A stretch of DNA of 63,576 nt, counting the filler, from Asterionella formosa (taxonomy: Eukaryota), in assembly GCA_002256025.1 (NCBI GenBank). It is 6 parts of 6 records of this genome, joined end to end, with 100 filler letters (N's around TTAATTAATTAA, not from the genome) between each part and the next. Parts side by side here need not be neighbours in the genome. Positions count along the whole stretch, not along the records: positions 1 to 28,066 come from NKIB01001314.1; positions 28,167 to 56,232 come from NKIB01001319.1; 4 more parts are not named here. The stretch is one strand, 5' to 3'. The position numbers and the translations under genes are program-made. Numbering within the stretch: the first letter of the stretch is position 1; the number at the start of each line of letters is the position of its first letter. Below the pieces are notes generated by a model. The model searched no databases and had not been told where the DNA came from. It worked only from the letters and a program-made list of their open reading frames with translations. Positions 23,432-36,009 of this stretch are shown here, piece after piece.

Positions 23432-26400
23432 TTCTCTATGTTGGATTAACCTTTTTTTATTTTAGAAAGAGTGCAGAATAAGGAGGTTGGGGTCATTTTC
23501 GTATCAACGAGGTCATTGAATTGATTGTGGTTTCACCGCTTTTGTATTGTGTTCACGAATACAAGAAAGCAAACTGTAACACGAGAATACGACAATACTT
23601 ACTTGAAGGCCCGGTTATCCAGAGATTTAGCTTGATCTTTTCCCATGTGAAAACGTGTTTTACCGGACCTTCCCTGGTAATGATACTCGATCATGACTTA
23701 ATCCTTCCTTTCTAATGAATGCTTGTCCAATGTCCTCACTACATTATTAGGGATGATAGAAACAATCTACTGACGGCAAGTATGAGCTATCAACCATCAC
23801 CATTAGTACCGTTATCGTTTTCCAACTCGGCGTACCAGGTACCTGGTAGGTGAAAGTGGACAGTCGCCAATTTATGTTTTCAACGCACCAGGTTACCAGG
23901 AACCAAGTACAGGTACGCCATTACCTGGTCTACCAGTCACTCCCAGGTCCCATGGTACCTGGTACCAGGTATCAAACCTTGAACTCCTACAATTGTTGTA
24001 CAACTCCCCTGGAGTAAATGGTAGTAGAGTACCAGGTAGAAAAACCTACCGAGTAATACGACATAGTATAGCCTCGATAGAGATAGATGTAGTCAACATT
24101 ATGACTATAGCTAGGTAGACTATTTCTGGTACCTGGTACTCCCTATTTGGACTTTTTGAATACTTGTAGATAGACTTGCATTGAACCATACTAACCATAA
24201 ATTAGCATACTTTCAATCAATAATACATACAAACGAAACTAGCTAGCTCAACAGATCTGGTATGCAAGTCTTGAGAGCATACTCATCACTTCGTCATGCA
24301 GCATGCTACAACACAGAAATCTAGCCCTAACAACAAATGGCCTAGTGCTAGGCATTACCTCTCTAAACAGTTGCCACTGTGCCTGGCCTTAAGTGTAGGG
24401 AGTCATAGTACAACAATTCCTGAATTGTTTAAGGGACACCTGGAATCAAATTTGACTTAGCTACATGCATGTTGAAAGTTACTTGCACCAATTCTCATCG
24501 AATTATTGAACTATTCAACCAAGAGGGAATATAACATGATTTCAGAGTCAGGATTCAATCTGGCATATATTTTGGTAATGGTTTACCTGGAAGACTAGTC
24601 TACTGGTATTATTAGATGACTGGTAAATCTATACTAGTACTAACTACTTATATATCCTGCTACATACCCCATATAATACCAGCATAAAAAGAGCATAAAC
24701 ATGACCGGAAGGTCCGATTCCAAGACTACCCACCAGTGAACGGATAATACAGTTCGACATAAGCCTGCATGACAGCCAGTATGAAAGACTGGCTTCTTTT
24801 ACCAATATTATTATCATTATCAATATCTCCATACAAATACTGGTACCTGGTACCAGTATTCCTATTCTTAAGAGTTTATGAGAAAATTTAATTGTCATAT
24901 GTGTGTATACTACATGTATCACAAATGAAGAGAATGTACAGTCCTGCCTATTTATCTCCTCATGAGGAAAACCAGTTTTGATGATGCTGGGTTGACCTTA
25001 GAGTAATATATTTTGACTACGGGGCAAACTTTCTCTTGTTCGGCGGTTTGAAAATAAATTATGAAACAGTGATTGGTTTGCTGGTTCGTGTTGCTCTGGT
25101 ATAACACTCCACAACATTTGTTCGACTTATCACACCCACCAGTATTGAGTTCTCCAGTACTCTTTTCCATCCAATGTGCCCTAGTACTAGTATGCTATTC
25201 TGAGGATCAAGTGTATTCATAGGGGGATACAAATCGACAAGATATTGCTATTTTTGTCGAGTTCCCTATTGGGGTTCATATTTCGAATAGATGTATAGCT
25301 GGGTGCATCATGAAACTACATTGGGTGGCCATCGTAGCTACCAGTACAACATAATTCTAGCTACCAGTGCAACATAATTTTAGCTTGACTAAACTGTTCT
25401 ATGATTCATATGAACAAATTTTATGTACACGTGCATCCGCAATCTTGTTGTTGTCATTGTGTTCATCCATGATGAACATGAAATCGAAGTCCATTGCACA
25501 GCAAGCAATGGGTGTGAAATTGCTGTTGTATCTTCATTGTTGCCTCAATTGTAACTACTATATGAACTTATTTGAGCCATAGCTGTACAGTTTCAGCTCC
25601 AGCTTGCTCACTATCAAGCTCAAGAGCTTTTCCATGTGAAACCTTTGGTCATGTGAGCATAGATCTGCGTGCCCATCACAAAATATTTCATATATATAAA
25701 AAGTTTGTGACGTCCTGTGCCGCTCCCTGTGTTCACTAGTAGCGCTAGTCATGGCGGAAATAAGGCTATTTGAAGCGGTGTGGGAGGATGTTCTATTGTT
25801 GAGTAAAGCAACAGAATAATGACAACATGGTGGATGTGATTATAGCATGCCAATCAAGGCGCAAAATATCACATACCGTAGGTTTAGGGTTTATGCTAAT
25901 ACCAGGCTGACAGGGTCTACCCAGTGGCCCCAAAAATTGCATCCAGCTAGCCATTATTCATAGAAATGTATGGTATTTTATCTACAGTATAAATCGACTA
26001 ATGGTACCTGGTACTGGTAATTGGCCTTATGTGGTCTAGTGCCAGGGTACCAGGTGTACCAGGTACCAGGGCCAGTCGGCGGGAATGACTTCATTGTTAT
26101 ACCGTTATCCGATGTGACGAGCAGGAAACGTACTGAAGTCCTGCCTGCCTTTCTAACTACCGGTGACATATCGTTCCACACTGATGGATATGGGGATATA
26201 TTTTTCTTGTTTTGGCGGTTATTATTAGGTACTCTTTCGTGTTGCACGGGTATTTACGAATCTTCAGCACTATTTGTTCGACTTATTACAGCCAGTTTTA
26301 TATTCCCTGGTCCTTGATGCGAAGCCCACTTTGTTGCAACCACTCTTCGAACGGTGCTCGGTTGGTCGCTCTATGCGAACTATCCATCAGCACCAGACCT

Positions 26401-28066
26401 AGTAGCTACTAATAATAATTGCTTGTTGTGCTTTCAATCAGCATATGGAAGAAGAGTTCGCAATGGTAGCCGTGCATGTTGGTGGGTCCGAAGCTGCCTA
26501 CACAGTTAGCTAGTAGCTACTACTCCTAGGAACATAGAAGCATCAAGGGATAGAAGCATCAAGGGAAAGAAGCCCACTTGACAAAACAGTTCGTTCATTT
26601 GATTGATGTGTTCGGTTTGTTCATCCTTTATACGATTGATTAGAAGCTGCTACTATTAGCGGAGAAGAATCCAATATTATCGACTGCAGCAGAAATACAA
26701 CCTATCTAGCAAGCTACTACTAGGTAAAGACTGGGATTGTAGGCAGCATAAATGATTCCCATCGCCGTATTCTTTGCTTGACTTGACATCAGTGTTCGCT
26801 TCCATACAAAGAATGCCTGTATAGATGAGATGAGCAGGAGCTACTATCTAGTAAGCTTGAAGCTAGAGCAAATTTCACCTTCAAATATTTCTCGCCAAGA
26901 AGGTTGTATCATAAAATAAGTTTCCAACACTCTGCAGCGCACCATCATCAAAGAGAACAACTTCATCATCACTTTACTATACTCTCGCCGTTCTAGCAAC
27001 ATCAACTCACACACGCAACCACCACCATTGGTAATCAAAGTTTTACTGCAACTACAAACTGCAAACACCTACCACCACTCTATCCACCACCAACATCGAG
27101 TGACCAGCACCAGACACTATGAATCTCAACTTTTCCCTCCTTCTTTTCGTCCCCTTGATTGTTCTTGACACGATCTCAGCAGGTCAGTAGACTGATGCAG
27201 CGGTGCAAGACTTGGGTCTGCTCGATTTTATTACTCGTTCATTGTAATTTCATCGGGGGGTCTCCATGGAATACCAGCTTTATTCGGAATACCTTGTCTC
27301 ACGACAGAGTGGTCGATCACTGCGAGGAATCGAGAATCCAAATGGAAGCCAGATGACATCAGCAAGCTACGTAGGAACCTGTTCCCTGGTACCCTCGTTC
27401 TGACAAATGCCAGGGGTACCAGGTACCTGGTGAAGTATCTAACTAGAAGTAGTAGTATTTGTTGAATATATGAGCTTATTTGTTAATCCTTGTGTGTAAC
27501 TCGTTCTCCAAGTCGACACCAAAGTATACAATGAGGGTTAGTCGAGTTCTCTCATTATTGAGTTCTTATACATACATGATATAACACTAACCCTATATAC
27601 ATCTGTATTGATGCGCAAGATCGCTCACTCTCCCACACCAAGGGAAAACCTTTTACCTTTGAAAAGGTTTGATGTAATGGATATTAATTCAGTCCGTAGT
27701 ATGCATAGTTTGTTGAAAAGTAACTGGACCATTGGCATATACTTGAATAAATAGAATAAGGACCTCGTCCATGGTTATCCAAGGTAGTAGGATTATCCGA
27801 TAGGATTAAAACCTCATCAACAACCTTGTAATCGCAAGAACGACGACGGAAAGTATCACGACGTAGTCATTTGTCAATTATCACTTATCGACATTGATAT
27901 CCCAATATCAATTACATATCTATAATCAAATCATGTTGTAAAACCCATGTTCCTGGTGAAAATACACAATGTACTATAAATAGTAGCTCGAGCTGCATAT
28001 GATGCAGCAAACTGGTATCCACAATATTCTGAACTTGAAATTCCTTGATTGGAGGATGAGCCTTTA

Positions 28067-28166
28067 NNNNNNNNNNNNNNNNNNNNNNNNNNNNNNNNNN
28101 NNNNNNNNNNTTAATTAATTAANNNNNNNNNNNNNNNNNNNNNNNNNNNNNNNNNNNNNNNNNNNN
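28067..28166. other. Assembly gap with artificial linker
   Basis: 44 N + TTAATTAATTAA + 44 N. Confidence 0.97.
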
Positions 28167-28825
28167 GTCTCCATTGGAACTCTTATTTTTTATTTCATTT
28201 CTAACCCAAAACAATTTTTTCTATTTCTCATTTGATGCTTCTTATTACATCGTATTTCATACTTTGGTTGCTCCAAACATCATGTTCAATTTTCATTGAT
28301 GTTGCATGTTACAATCATTCTCGTGTGTTTTACGCTTGTTGTACCATCTCCATGCATATTACCGTTATTTTGGTTGTCATGCTAAAATCGGCAATTTTAT
28401 TGCCGAAAAATTCGATGTGCCCCATATTGCCCTTAAATAAAAATTACTTAAGAAATTACTTAGAGACTAAAAATTACTTAGAAGTACCCGAATGGCAAGA
28501 CGATAGCTGGAGCGGGAATTGCTAACAACGATGTACTCGAAACAGCAATGGAATAGTCATAATATTGTAGTTCACCTTTATTCACGACAAGGTTCCCCTC
28601 AACAATATGTACCTTCAGGAGGTTTTATGTACTTTATGTATTACAAAAATATTTATTGCAGTTAAAAAAAAATTTCATACCGATATGTTAAATAGTCCAC
28701 TGTGTAGAAAGTATGTAGGGAATAGGATGATGCCATCATCGTGTCCTCCATCGTAACTTCCTACCGGTACGACCATGTAACCAGGTTCTCTCCATGTTCC
28801 GGTCTGTTGGTCGCGTTCATCCATC

Positions 28826-31444
28826 ATGGCTGGTGATTCCAAGCAAAGTCACCGATTCATTGACAGTTCCTATCGGGGCTTCTTGTACTCGTCATTGGCT
28901 TTGATCGGTCTTTATTGGTTCTCTGTCAGCTTTTTCCTTGCAAAGAGGAGCCTATCGAATCTTTCTGAATGTTTTGACGCTGTTTCCCTTTTGCAGGGTA
29001 GTTTAGGCCTATCAGACCAAGATATTCTGATTTTGAAAGCTCAGAAGCTTTTGTCTAATGGAAGTGGGTGTTGGATGGACCGGAAAGTAGATTCTGTTGC
29101 CATTTTGGTGATCGATGCGCTTAGATTCGATTTTGCGCGACATCATCTGCCACGATCGGTTGGTTCTCGATTATCGAGTTCCTCTTCGCAGCTTCTACAG
29201 TTCGTGGCAGATCCTCCTACAGTCACTATGCAGCGTCTGAAAGGAATGACGACCGGGGGCTTACCAACTTTTGCGGACATTAGTGGCAACTTTGGAGGAG
29301 CGTCCATCGAAGAAGATACCTGGGTAAATCAGCTTCGTCGAGTATCACCTTTGTCTCGAGGTCTGTCAAAGCATAAGAAACTAGCTTTTGTGGGAGATGA
29401 TACTTGGATTGATCTTTTCCCCACGCAGTTTGACGAGGCTCACCCATTCCCGTCCTTCAACACTCGGGATCTCGACACAGTCGATAATGGCTGTCGCGCG
29501 CACCTCCCACGCCTGCTAGAGGAGCTCCGACACCACAAAGTCGAACTCATTGTCGCTCATTTCCTTGGCGTCGACCACGTTGGACATACGTATGGACCTC
29601 TGAATCAACACATGGATGAAAAACTGAAGCAAATAGACAACATTCTTGACACGACTTTGGAATTCTTGGACGGAACAACAGATCAATGTTCAGTCGCTTT
29701 TGTTTTCGGCGACCATGGAATGACAAATGACGGAAATCATGGTGGTGGAACTGATGAAGAGATAAACGCGGCTCTGTTTGTGCATTTCTCACCAGCTTGC
29801 GGAAACATGTCAGAACGCCGCATCACTGGGATTGAATTGGGAAGTCACGGAGAGGCAGCTTTTGAATCTATTAGTCAAATTGATTTAGTACCAACGATTT
29901 CACTCCTGATGGGACTGCCTATTCCGTTTGCAAATCTTGGGGGTATTGTGCCTTCGCTGTTCCCTCCTGTGTTTATTAATGGGAAAGAACAATCAATCCC
30001 GAGTTTAGCAACATCCTTAGCTTTGAATGCAGCTCAAGTCTGGAATTACTTTATGCTCTATTCAAAGACAGCGAATCGACTTCCAAATCTTCCAGAGTTG
30101 CAAGAAATTTTGGACGATGCCGTTTTAACCTTCAAAGAAGCATTGTTGCATCCGGAAGGCCAAGATTCCCTGGTTTATAGGAAAGCGTGTGCGAAATTCA
30201 AGATCTTCCTCCATCAGGCAACACAACTAGGCAAGAGAGTATGGACACGGTTTGACACGATGGGCATGCTTGGCGGTGCCTCTATTATATTCTTTGTTGT
30301 ATTCATGAATTTTCCATTCAACCTGAAAATCATACATTTGTGTCAAGGGCACTTTTTGGAAGCCGCCTTTTGTGGTGCTTTTGTCATATTCCATACAATT
30401 CTGCTCACGTTTAGCAACTCTTATATTGAAGGGGAACCTCTTGTTGTCATGTTCTTCTTATCTGTTTTGTCCATTTCAATATCTGTAAGGTTGCAGGCAT
30501 CTTCGATAGGAGTTAAAGGCAAATCCCTCTGGTGGTTGCCGTTGGCAGTTCCACTCTGTTCTCGGATTGGCGAGCTACTTGTCTCTGGTCATGGATTGGA
30601 TCCATCCATTCGACATCATCGTGTTCACAATTCAACTTTCTTCTTGTCAGCTTTGGGTGCTTTATTGGTGTTTCGAATATGGATTTTTCGCCGGTTGCAC
30701 CTTCCTTCCTCGTTACATTTCTTGCTTGACATCGCGACACTCCTCTTTGTTGCCCAAAGCTGGTGGGAGAAGCGCTCAGAGGACGTGAGTCGAAATGGAT
30801 ACTTTTCATGCCGTGTTGCCCTGGTACTTCTGGCAATTGGAATTCCAATCTCTGCCATTCAGGCAATAATACCCAAATCGCATCGATCTGCAGCAGTCTC
30901 CTTTTCCTTTAAATTTTTGATTGCCACAATGGTGGTTACTGGTCCATCAACCAGTGCATCTGTTATCCTATTTTTGCTGCAATCGTACGCTGTCTTCCAA
31001 ATTTCCTCCATGCAGGGCGAATCCCTGACAACAGCACCGGTTTTGGCTTGCATTTGGCGTTTTGTGATCCGTCACATATTCTTTGTCACCAACCATGCTT
31101 GTGCCTTTAGCCGCCTTCAATACTCATCTGCATTTATTGCCAGTGCAGACTTCAATTTCTTTACTGGAGGAATAAGCCTGTTTTTAAACACTTTTGGTTG
31201 GGAAATAATTGGATTACTTTGGGTTTACATGGCATCAAAGATTACAAGGAGGCCACACCTGTTGAAGTTTTACTGCTACTATCAGCTGCTGGAGACTGCA
31301 TTCTCCTGCATCTCAGTTTCTCTATTGAGACGACACCTCATGGTTTGGGCTACATTTGCACCCCGTTTCATATTTTCTGTCATCTTCCTTGGACTTCACT
31401 CTTTTGCTGACATTATAACATTTGGCATAGAGGCACTTGTATAA
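28826..31444 (+). CDS. PIGO: GPI ethanolamine-phosphate transferase 3 (PIG-O/GPI13), single exon, 872 aa
   Basis: Motifs ILVIDALRFDF, ADPPTVTMQRLKGMTTGGLPTF, HFLGVDHVGH, GDHGM and QIDLVPT; C-terminal TM bundle ending RRHLMVWATFAPRFIF. Confidence 0.93.
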   Translation: MAGDSKQSHRFIDSSYRGFLYSSLALIGLYWFSVSFFLAKRSLSNLSECFDAVSLLQGSLGLSDQDILILKAQKLLSNGSGCWMDRKVDSVAILVIDALRFDFARHHLPRSVGSRLSSSSSQLLQFVADPPTVTMQRLKGMTTGGLPTFADISGNFGGASIEEDTWVNQLRRVSPLSRGLSKHKKLAFVGDDTWIDLFPTQFDEAHPFPSFNTRDLDTVDNGCRAHLPRLLEELRHHKVELIVAHFLGVDHVGHTYGPLNQHMDEKLKQIDNILDTTLEFLDGTTDQCSVAFVFGDHGMTNDGNHGGGTDEEINAALFVHFSPACGNMSERRITGIELGSHGEAAFESISQIDLVPTISLLMGLPIPFANLGGIVPSLFPPVFINGKEQSIPSLATSLALNAAQVWNYFMLYSKTANRLPNLPELQEILDDAVLTFKEALLHPEGQDSLVYRKACAKFKIFLHQATQLGKRVWTRFDTMGMLGGASIIFFVVFMNFPFNLKIIHLCQGHFLEAAFCGAFVIFHTILLTFSNSYIEGEPLVVMFFLSVLSISISVRLQASSIGVKGKSLWWLPLAVPLCSRIGELLVSGHGLDPSIRHHRVHNSTFFLSALGALLVFRIWIFRRLHLPSSLHFLLDIATLLFVAQSWWEKRSEDVSRNGYFSCRVALVLLAIGIPISAIQAIIPKSHRSAAVSFSFKFLIATMVVTGPSTSASVILFLLQSYAVFQISSMQGESLTTAPVLACIWRFVIRHIFFVTNHACAFSRLQYSSAFIASADFNFFTGGISLFLNTFGWEIIGLLWVYMASKITRRPHLLKFYCYYQLLETAFSCISVSLLRRHLMVWATFAPRFIFSVIFLGLHSFADIITFGIEALV

Positions 31445-32669
31445 CATTAGAGTACCTGCACAAAGGGAAGAACAATGGCAAGTATGCCAATTGCATGTGA
31501 ATTTGGGTACAGTCTAGGTGGTGTTTAGACAAAAGCAGCATTCTCCTGGAGAAACCAGAATTCCAGTGTTGATTGCTTGAAAATAACGATTGTGTTGCGT
31601 GATGTTTGGAAAATTTTGGAAAAAATGCTTCCAAAATTCTGATGTAAAAGTGTGCTATAAAATATATTGCTCCAAAGTATAGATGCACCCCTAGTAAACT
31701 GTTCCATATGAAATGTGAGATTGCTCATCAAAAGGGAAAATTGAGCTTACAAGTACTTCAAATGAAGCATAATAAAATGATAAATTTTGGTTTTGATGCA
31801 TTTTTGAATTTGTATCTACATTTGCATTTGCATTTGAATGAATACCGAACAATTGATGGGAACTGAGGCTAGGATATTCCAATAATGGACAAAAAAATAT
31901 AGTTTTGAAATCGATTAGATTGTTTCTACAGTTGCATTTGGAGTGCTAGATATGTAGAACACCACCTCATTTTCGATCTGAGTTCTTATTCCGACATCCT
32001 CATCTGCTAATTCTAACCAATTATGAAAACAGGCCATTGCTAGATCGTGGAATGACTTTCTATGTTTCTTGATATACTCTGCTACAACAATGATCTAGAA
32101 CAAAATTTGATCAATTCAATTGTAACAAGATTTTTAGCTGTGGTTCTGATTACTTTTTTGATTTGCATGTGAAATGCCACCTCAGTCATCAAAATTTTAT
32201 GAATGGAACAAGCTCTCGACTTCGATATTTTGAGGAAGTAAAACTGATGAAACAATTGGTATTGATGAAAGAAAAATAATGAATCACTACTAATAGGTTG
32301 GTTTGAAACTACTATCTCTTACTTGGGGGTCTTTGTTGTTTTTGTCTGGTTACTTTAAGTGGAAAGCTTCAGGTTGGTAGGCTTGATAACTTCCAGCAGT
32401 CTTGCAAAAACAATATAGTTTAACAAATAATAACATAATTTAGCAAAACTATATTTATGAAAACCCTAGCTACACACAACCAGCTTACCAAGTGTTGGCG
32501 ACAATTCCAGTACTTTTTACCAGGCACCCTACCAACCGTCTAGCTATGGACAGCCGGTGGACTGCCAGCTTTTCCCTACATTTCTTTGGGAATGAATAAC
32601 AACATAACTCGACATCATGTTCTGCCTATCGTAACAAGAATAAATAAGAAAAAATATATTATATTTTAT

Positions 32670-34836
32670 GGAAAAAGATATTTCGTCCCCCTCTTTTTGA
32701 TAAACCCTTAATTAAACCCTAGCCTACATAGCCTTCATATAAACCACCAATATCTTGTTTGCCACACGAAACTCAGTTGGCTTCATGACGCTGCTGTGAT
32801 GGCTGCTACACATATGCATGCACATTATAGTGGTCGAATTGATTCTGATGGCCTCAACCAAAGCTTTTGGAACCTTTTGGAACCTTTTGGGGACAATACA
32901 GAGGAGGTAATGGATGGCCCTGTACAGGCATTTGACAGCTCTGTAACCGATGATACAGAGCGAATTTGCGCACTTGAACAATCACTCATCGAAACTCATT
33001 ATACATGATGGCTGATGTCAAGACGAGATTATTGTGGACCTTATCATCTTCTCAGGTTTCCATCAAAAGACAAACAGAGGGAAAGCGACGGCACCTCCCA
33101 ACAATAAGGACCTTGTCCACCGAAAATTCAATGGAGCAGAAACCAGACCAACGATTTTTGGAAGTTGCATCTTGGGCTCCTTGTCTGGCATTAATTCTCT
33201 TCAATCTACCTGGTACTTTTACTACCATATTGTGATGTAGTCCCCTCCCTGCTGCTGTGACAATTAGCAACCATGACATAGTAGTATGAATTATAGCAAA
33301 TGACATATATAAATATGATTACTACCATATTTTGATCTGTAGACTACTATGATAATCATTGAAATAAATGTGTACTGGAGTGTCTAATCTAGCTTGTCAC
33401 ACACTTCTGTAAATTTTTCCAACATGTTGTGTTATTTTGATATAGGTACCTGAACACCACAAACTGTTTGACCAGACTTCCAGATCATGTTGATTTCAGG
33501 AAAATTGAAAAGTTTCGGGTTACATACATTCCATCTGTTGCCATGATTTCTAATTTTGGTAACTCATTTGAGGAAAAGGCTGCAATGAGATTGTATTCAT
33601 CCAAAGACAAAAAAACTCGCTTTCCAAAGTAACATTTACATTGAGTGACAAGCGATTCATTGCAATGAGCTCAAAAATTTGACCATGACCACATGCATCA
33701 TTTCCCAATGTCCTTCCAAAAGAAAATATGATAGCCTAGTAACCCCAAAAGATACAAAGGCTTCAATTTTGTAAGCCTCCTCACCTTCATCAAAAAATGA
33801 ATGCTTCTTTTTCATAAAACACTCCATCTTCTGGTTCTGACAAAAAACAACAAACAGCAGACTTTGTGATACAATCAAACTCCTCTTTTCGTTTCTCGCA
33901 ACTTTTTAAGAGAACCTAGAATTGAGGGCAATTCAAGCCCTTCATATTCGTCAATAGCTACTAGAAGACTTGGACAAGGTCAGATTCCTCATTTGCAAGG
34001 GGACCTAACCAGTCACCTCCTCAATTGCCTCTTCTAATGACTGCCACAAGTAGAAACAATTGTCATAATCAGGTTGATATCTGTCATTCTCATCTTCGCT
34101 GTTGCTTTCTGTTTCATCTTCACTTTCATTCTCCAAAGCATCCATGATCTCTGCAATTTCTTCTGGTTGTCAGTTCTTCATCATTTGACATGTTCTTAGA
34201 GTGTCATTCAGGTTGCGCTTTGCTGATTGCAGTTCATGTTCATCCAACCGATTTTGTGCTTTCAAAAATTGCAGTTTGCAGTTTATACACTCTATATTCC
34301 TGTATCACTCTACAAAATCTGATCCATTGATGATTCCATTTGTTACATTGCTTAGCTTCAAAGATTGACCCTGAGTTGACACAACATTGTTGGGAGGTAC
34401 CATCGCTTTCCCTCTGTTGGTCTTTTCATGGAAGCCAGCAAAGATAATGAGGTCCACAATAATCTCGCCTCAACATGATCATGTATGCTGAGCAAGGGTT
34501 GATGAGTGATCGTTCAAAGAGCGCAAATGCGCTCTGTATCATCGAATTACAGCGCCGTAGAACGCCTGTATAGGGCCGTCCAGTCCTTCCTCTGTATTGT
34601 CCTCAATAGGCTCTAACAGCTTTGGTTGAGGCAGGCATCAGAGTCGATTCGAACACAATGATGTTCATGTATGCATATGAGTACTAGCAGCCGTCACAGC
34701 AGTGTCATCGAGCCAACTGATTTCTGTGTAGCAAAAAATATTGGTGGTTTATTTGAAGGCTATGTAGGCTAGGGTTTAAGGGTTTGTAAAAAGGGGGGGA
34801 CGAAATATCGAAAAGGGGGACGGAATATCTTTTTCC
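32670..34836. mobile_element. Non-autonomous DNA transposon with ~440-bp TIRs, Mutator-like (MULE)
   Basis: Ends GGAAAAAGATAT...ATATCTTTTTCC. Imperfect TIRs at 32670-33105 and 34386-34836. TSD TATTTTAT at 32662-32669 and 34837-34844. Confidence 0.85.
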
Positions 34837-35021
34837 TATTTTATGGAATGTAAAATAAGGAGCCCGCCAATGAAAAATGAAGCACGTGCTGCAAACTCTG
34901 CGGTGGCAATTTTTCTTTTATCATCAATACATAGTAATGTTGGTATTCGACCCAATCTTTGTTGTCGACACTAACATGGGTATGCTGTAAAACCTATTGA
35001 CTGCAAGTTCCTGGTGAGACC

Positions 35022-35939
35022 ATGGAAATGGTGCCAGCTGCATTACCGGTAGCTTCGTCGGAAGGACATTTTTCGCGAGTGCCAGACGATCTTATCCGCC
35101 TAATTCTTTCCTACTCTGACGTTTGTTCGTTAGGCAGGGTAGCCCAAGTCTCTCACTGTTTCTTGTCAACTTCTGCCTCTGACGACGTCACTTGGGCAGC
35201 GATCGTTGAGAATCGTTTCCATCTGGATACATCAAAGTCACGGACCAAGACTCACGGCGGGTCCACATGGAAAGAAGTGTATCACAACCTATCAAAGTGC
35301 AATCGAATCCCAAAGTCAAGATACACCGCCGCTCGCAAGATTATCTTTGCCAAAGGGGGTGGTGTCACGAGAAAGAGTAACTCCGCAGTGGCTGTTTGGG
35401 TCCTCCTGAGCCATACGGAAGACTGTTTGACCCGGAGGTCAGAATTTACTTCGCACGACGGGGAGGACTACCGGTGCTTCGCGAATACGCGATTTATTGA
35501 ATTCAATGTATGTGTTCAAAATGTCAAATCTGGCCAGGGAATCGTACATGTCAATATCATTGAGTCAACGTTGGAGCTCTTAGGCAATTCGGATTTGAGT
35601 CGCCCACTTCCATTCGGCTTGATGAGACCCCGTATACTCTATCGTAGTAGGAACGCCGAACGACTGGCTGAGCCAAATGGCAGCGTCGACACCATCAATC
35701 TTCACCCTTTCGAGTTTTGCGTTGTATCCATGAATTTCCCTTGCCAGAATGATGTTTACGAAACTGATGTCTTGTCAAGAGCGGTTCGCCTGTCAGTTCA
35801 CTTTTCTGTAGCAGGCTGCTGCAACACAAACGTAGCAAATGCTAAATTCATCGACGACTCCGAAATTTGGAACCACTATGTTGAACTGCCCGGTTCGTGT
35901 TTGACACTGAATGATAGATCTCTTCTAATCGCAGCCTAA
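35022..35939 (+). CDS. F-box protein, 305 aa
   Basis: N-terminal F-box FSRVPDDLIRLILSYSDVCSLGRVAQVSHCF..DDVTW..WKEVY. Confidence 0.8.
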   Translation: MEMVPAALPVASSEGHFSRVPDDLIRLILSYSDVCSLGRVAQVSHCFLSTSASDDVTWAAIVENRFHLDTSKSRTKTHGGSTWKEVYHNLSKCNRIPKSRYTAARKIIFAKGGGVTRKSNSAVAVWVLLSHTEDCLTRRSEFTSHDGEDYRCFANTRFIEFNVCVQNVKSGQGIVHVNIIESTLELLGNSDLSRPLPFGLMRPRILYRSRNAERLAEPNGSVDTINLHPFEFCVVSMNFPCQNDVYETDVLSRAVRLSVHFSVAGCCNTNVANAKFIDDSEIWNHYVELPGSCLTLNDRSLLIAA

Positions 35940-36009
35940 TTGATTATCATGGCAAAACGAAACTTAACCTTAAAATACTGACATAACCGTTGATAGTAAA
36001 GTATAACTT

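Noticed and set aside
26534..26565. 16-bp tandem duplication ATAGAAGCATCAAGGG, and the (GCA)n run at ~56648-56670
   Set aside because: Ordinary slippage repeats; the second encodes poly-Ala.
24200..27400. Short ORFs in the gene-poor region before the first gap
   Set aside because: No motifs or consistent splice model; probably decayed repeats that I cannot classify.
28111..28122. TTAATTAATTAA palindrome recurring five times (also 56277, 58113, 59949, 61785)
   Set aside because: Always centred in a 100-bp N-run and gives stops in all six frames, so it is an artificial contig linker. Gene order across these gaps is not reliable.
31465..32578. Second TIR element between PIGO and the MULE
   Set aside because: Only loose end similarity (GGGAAGAACAATGGCAAGT vs GGGAAAAGCTGGCAGT), and no TSD.
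32701..32722. Telomere-like TAAACCCT units
   Set aside because: Only two units, inside the transposon TIR and mirrored on the other arm; not a telomere.
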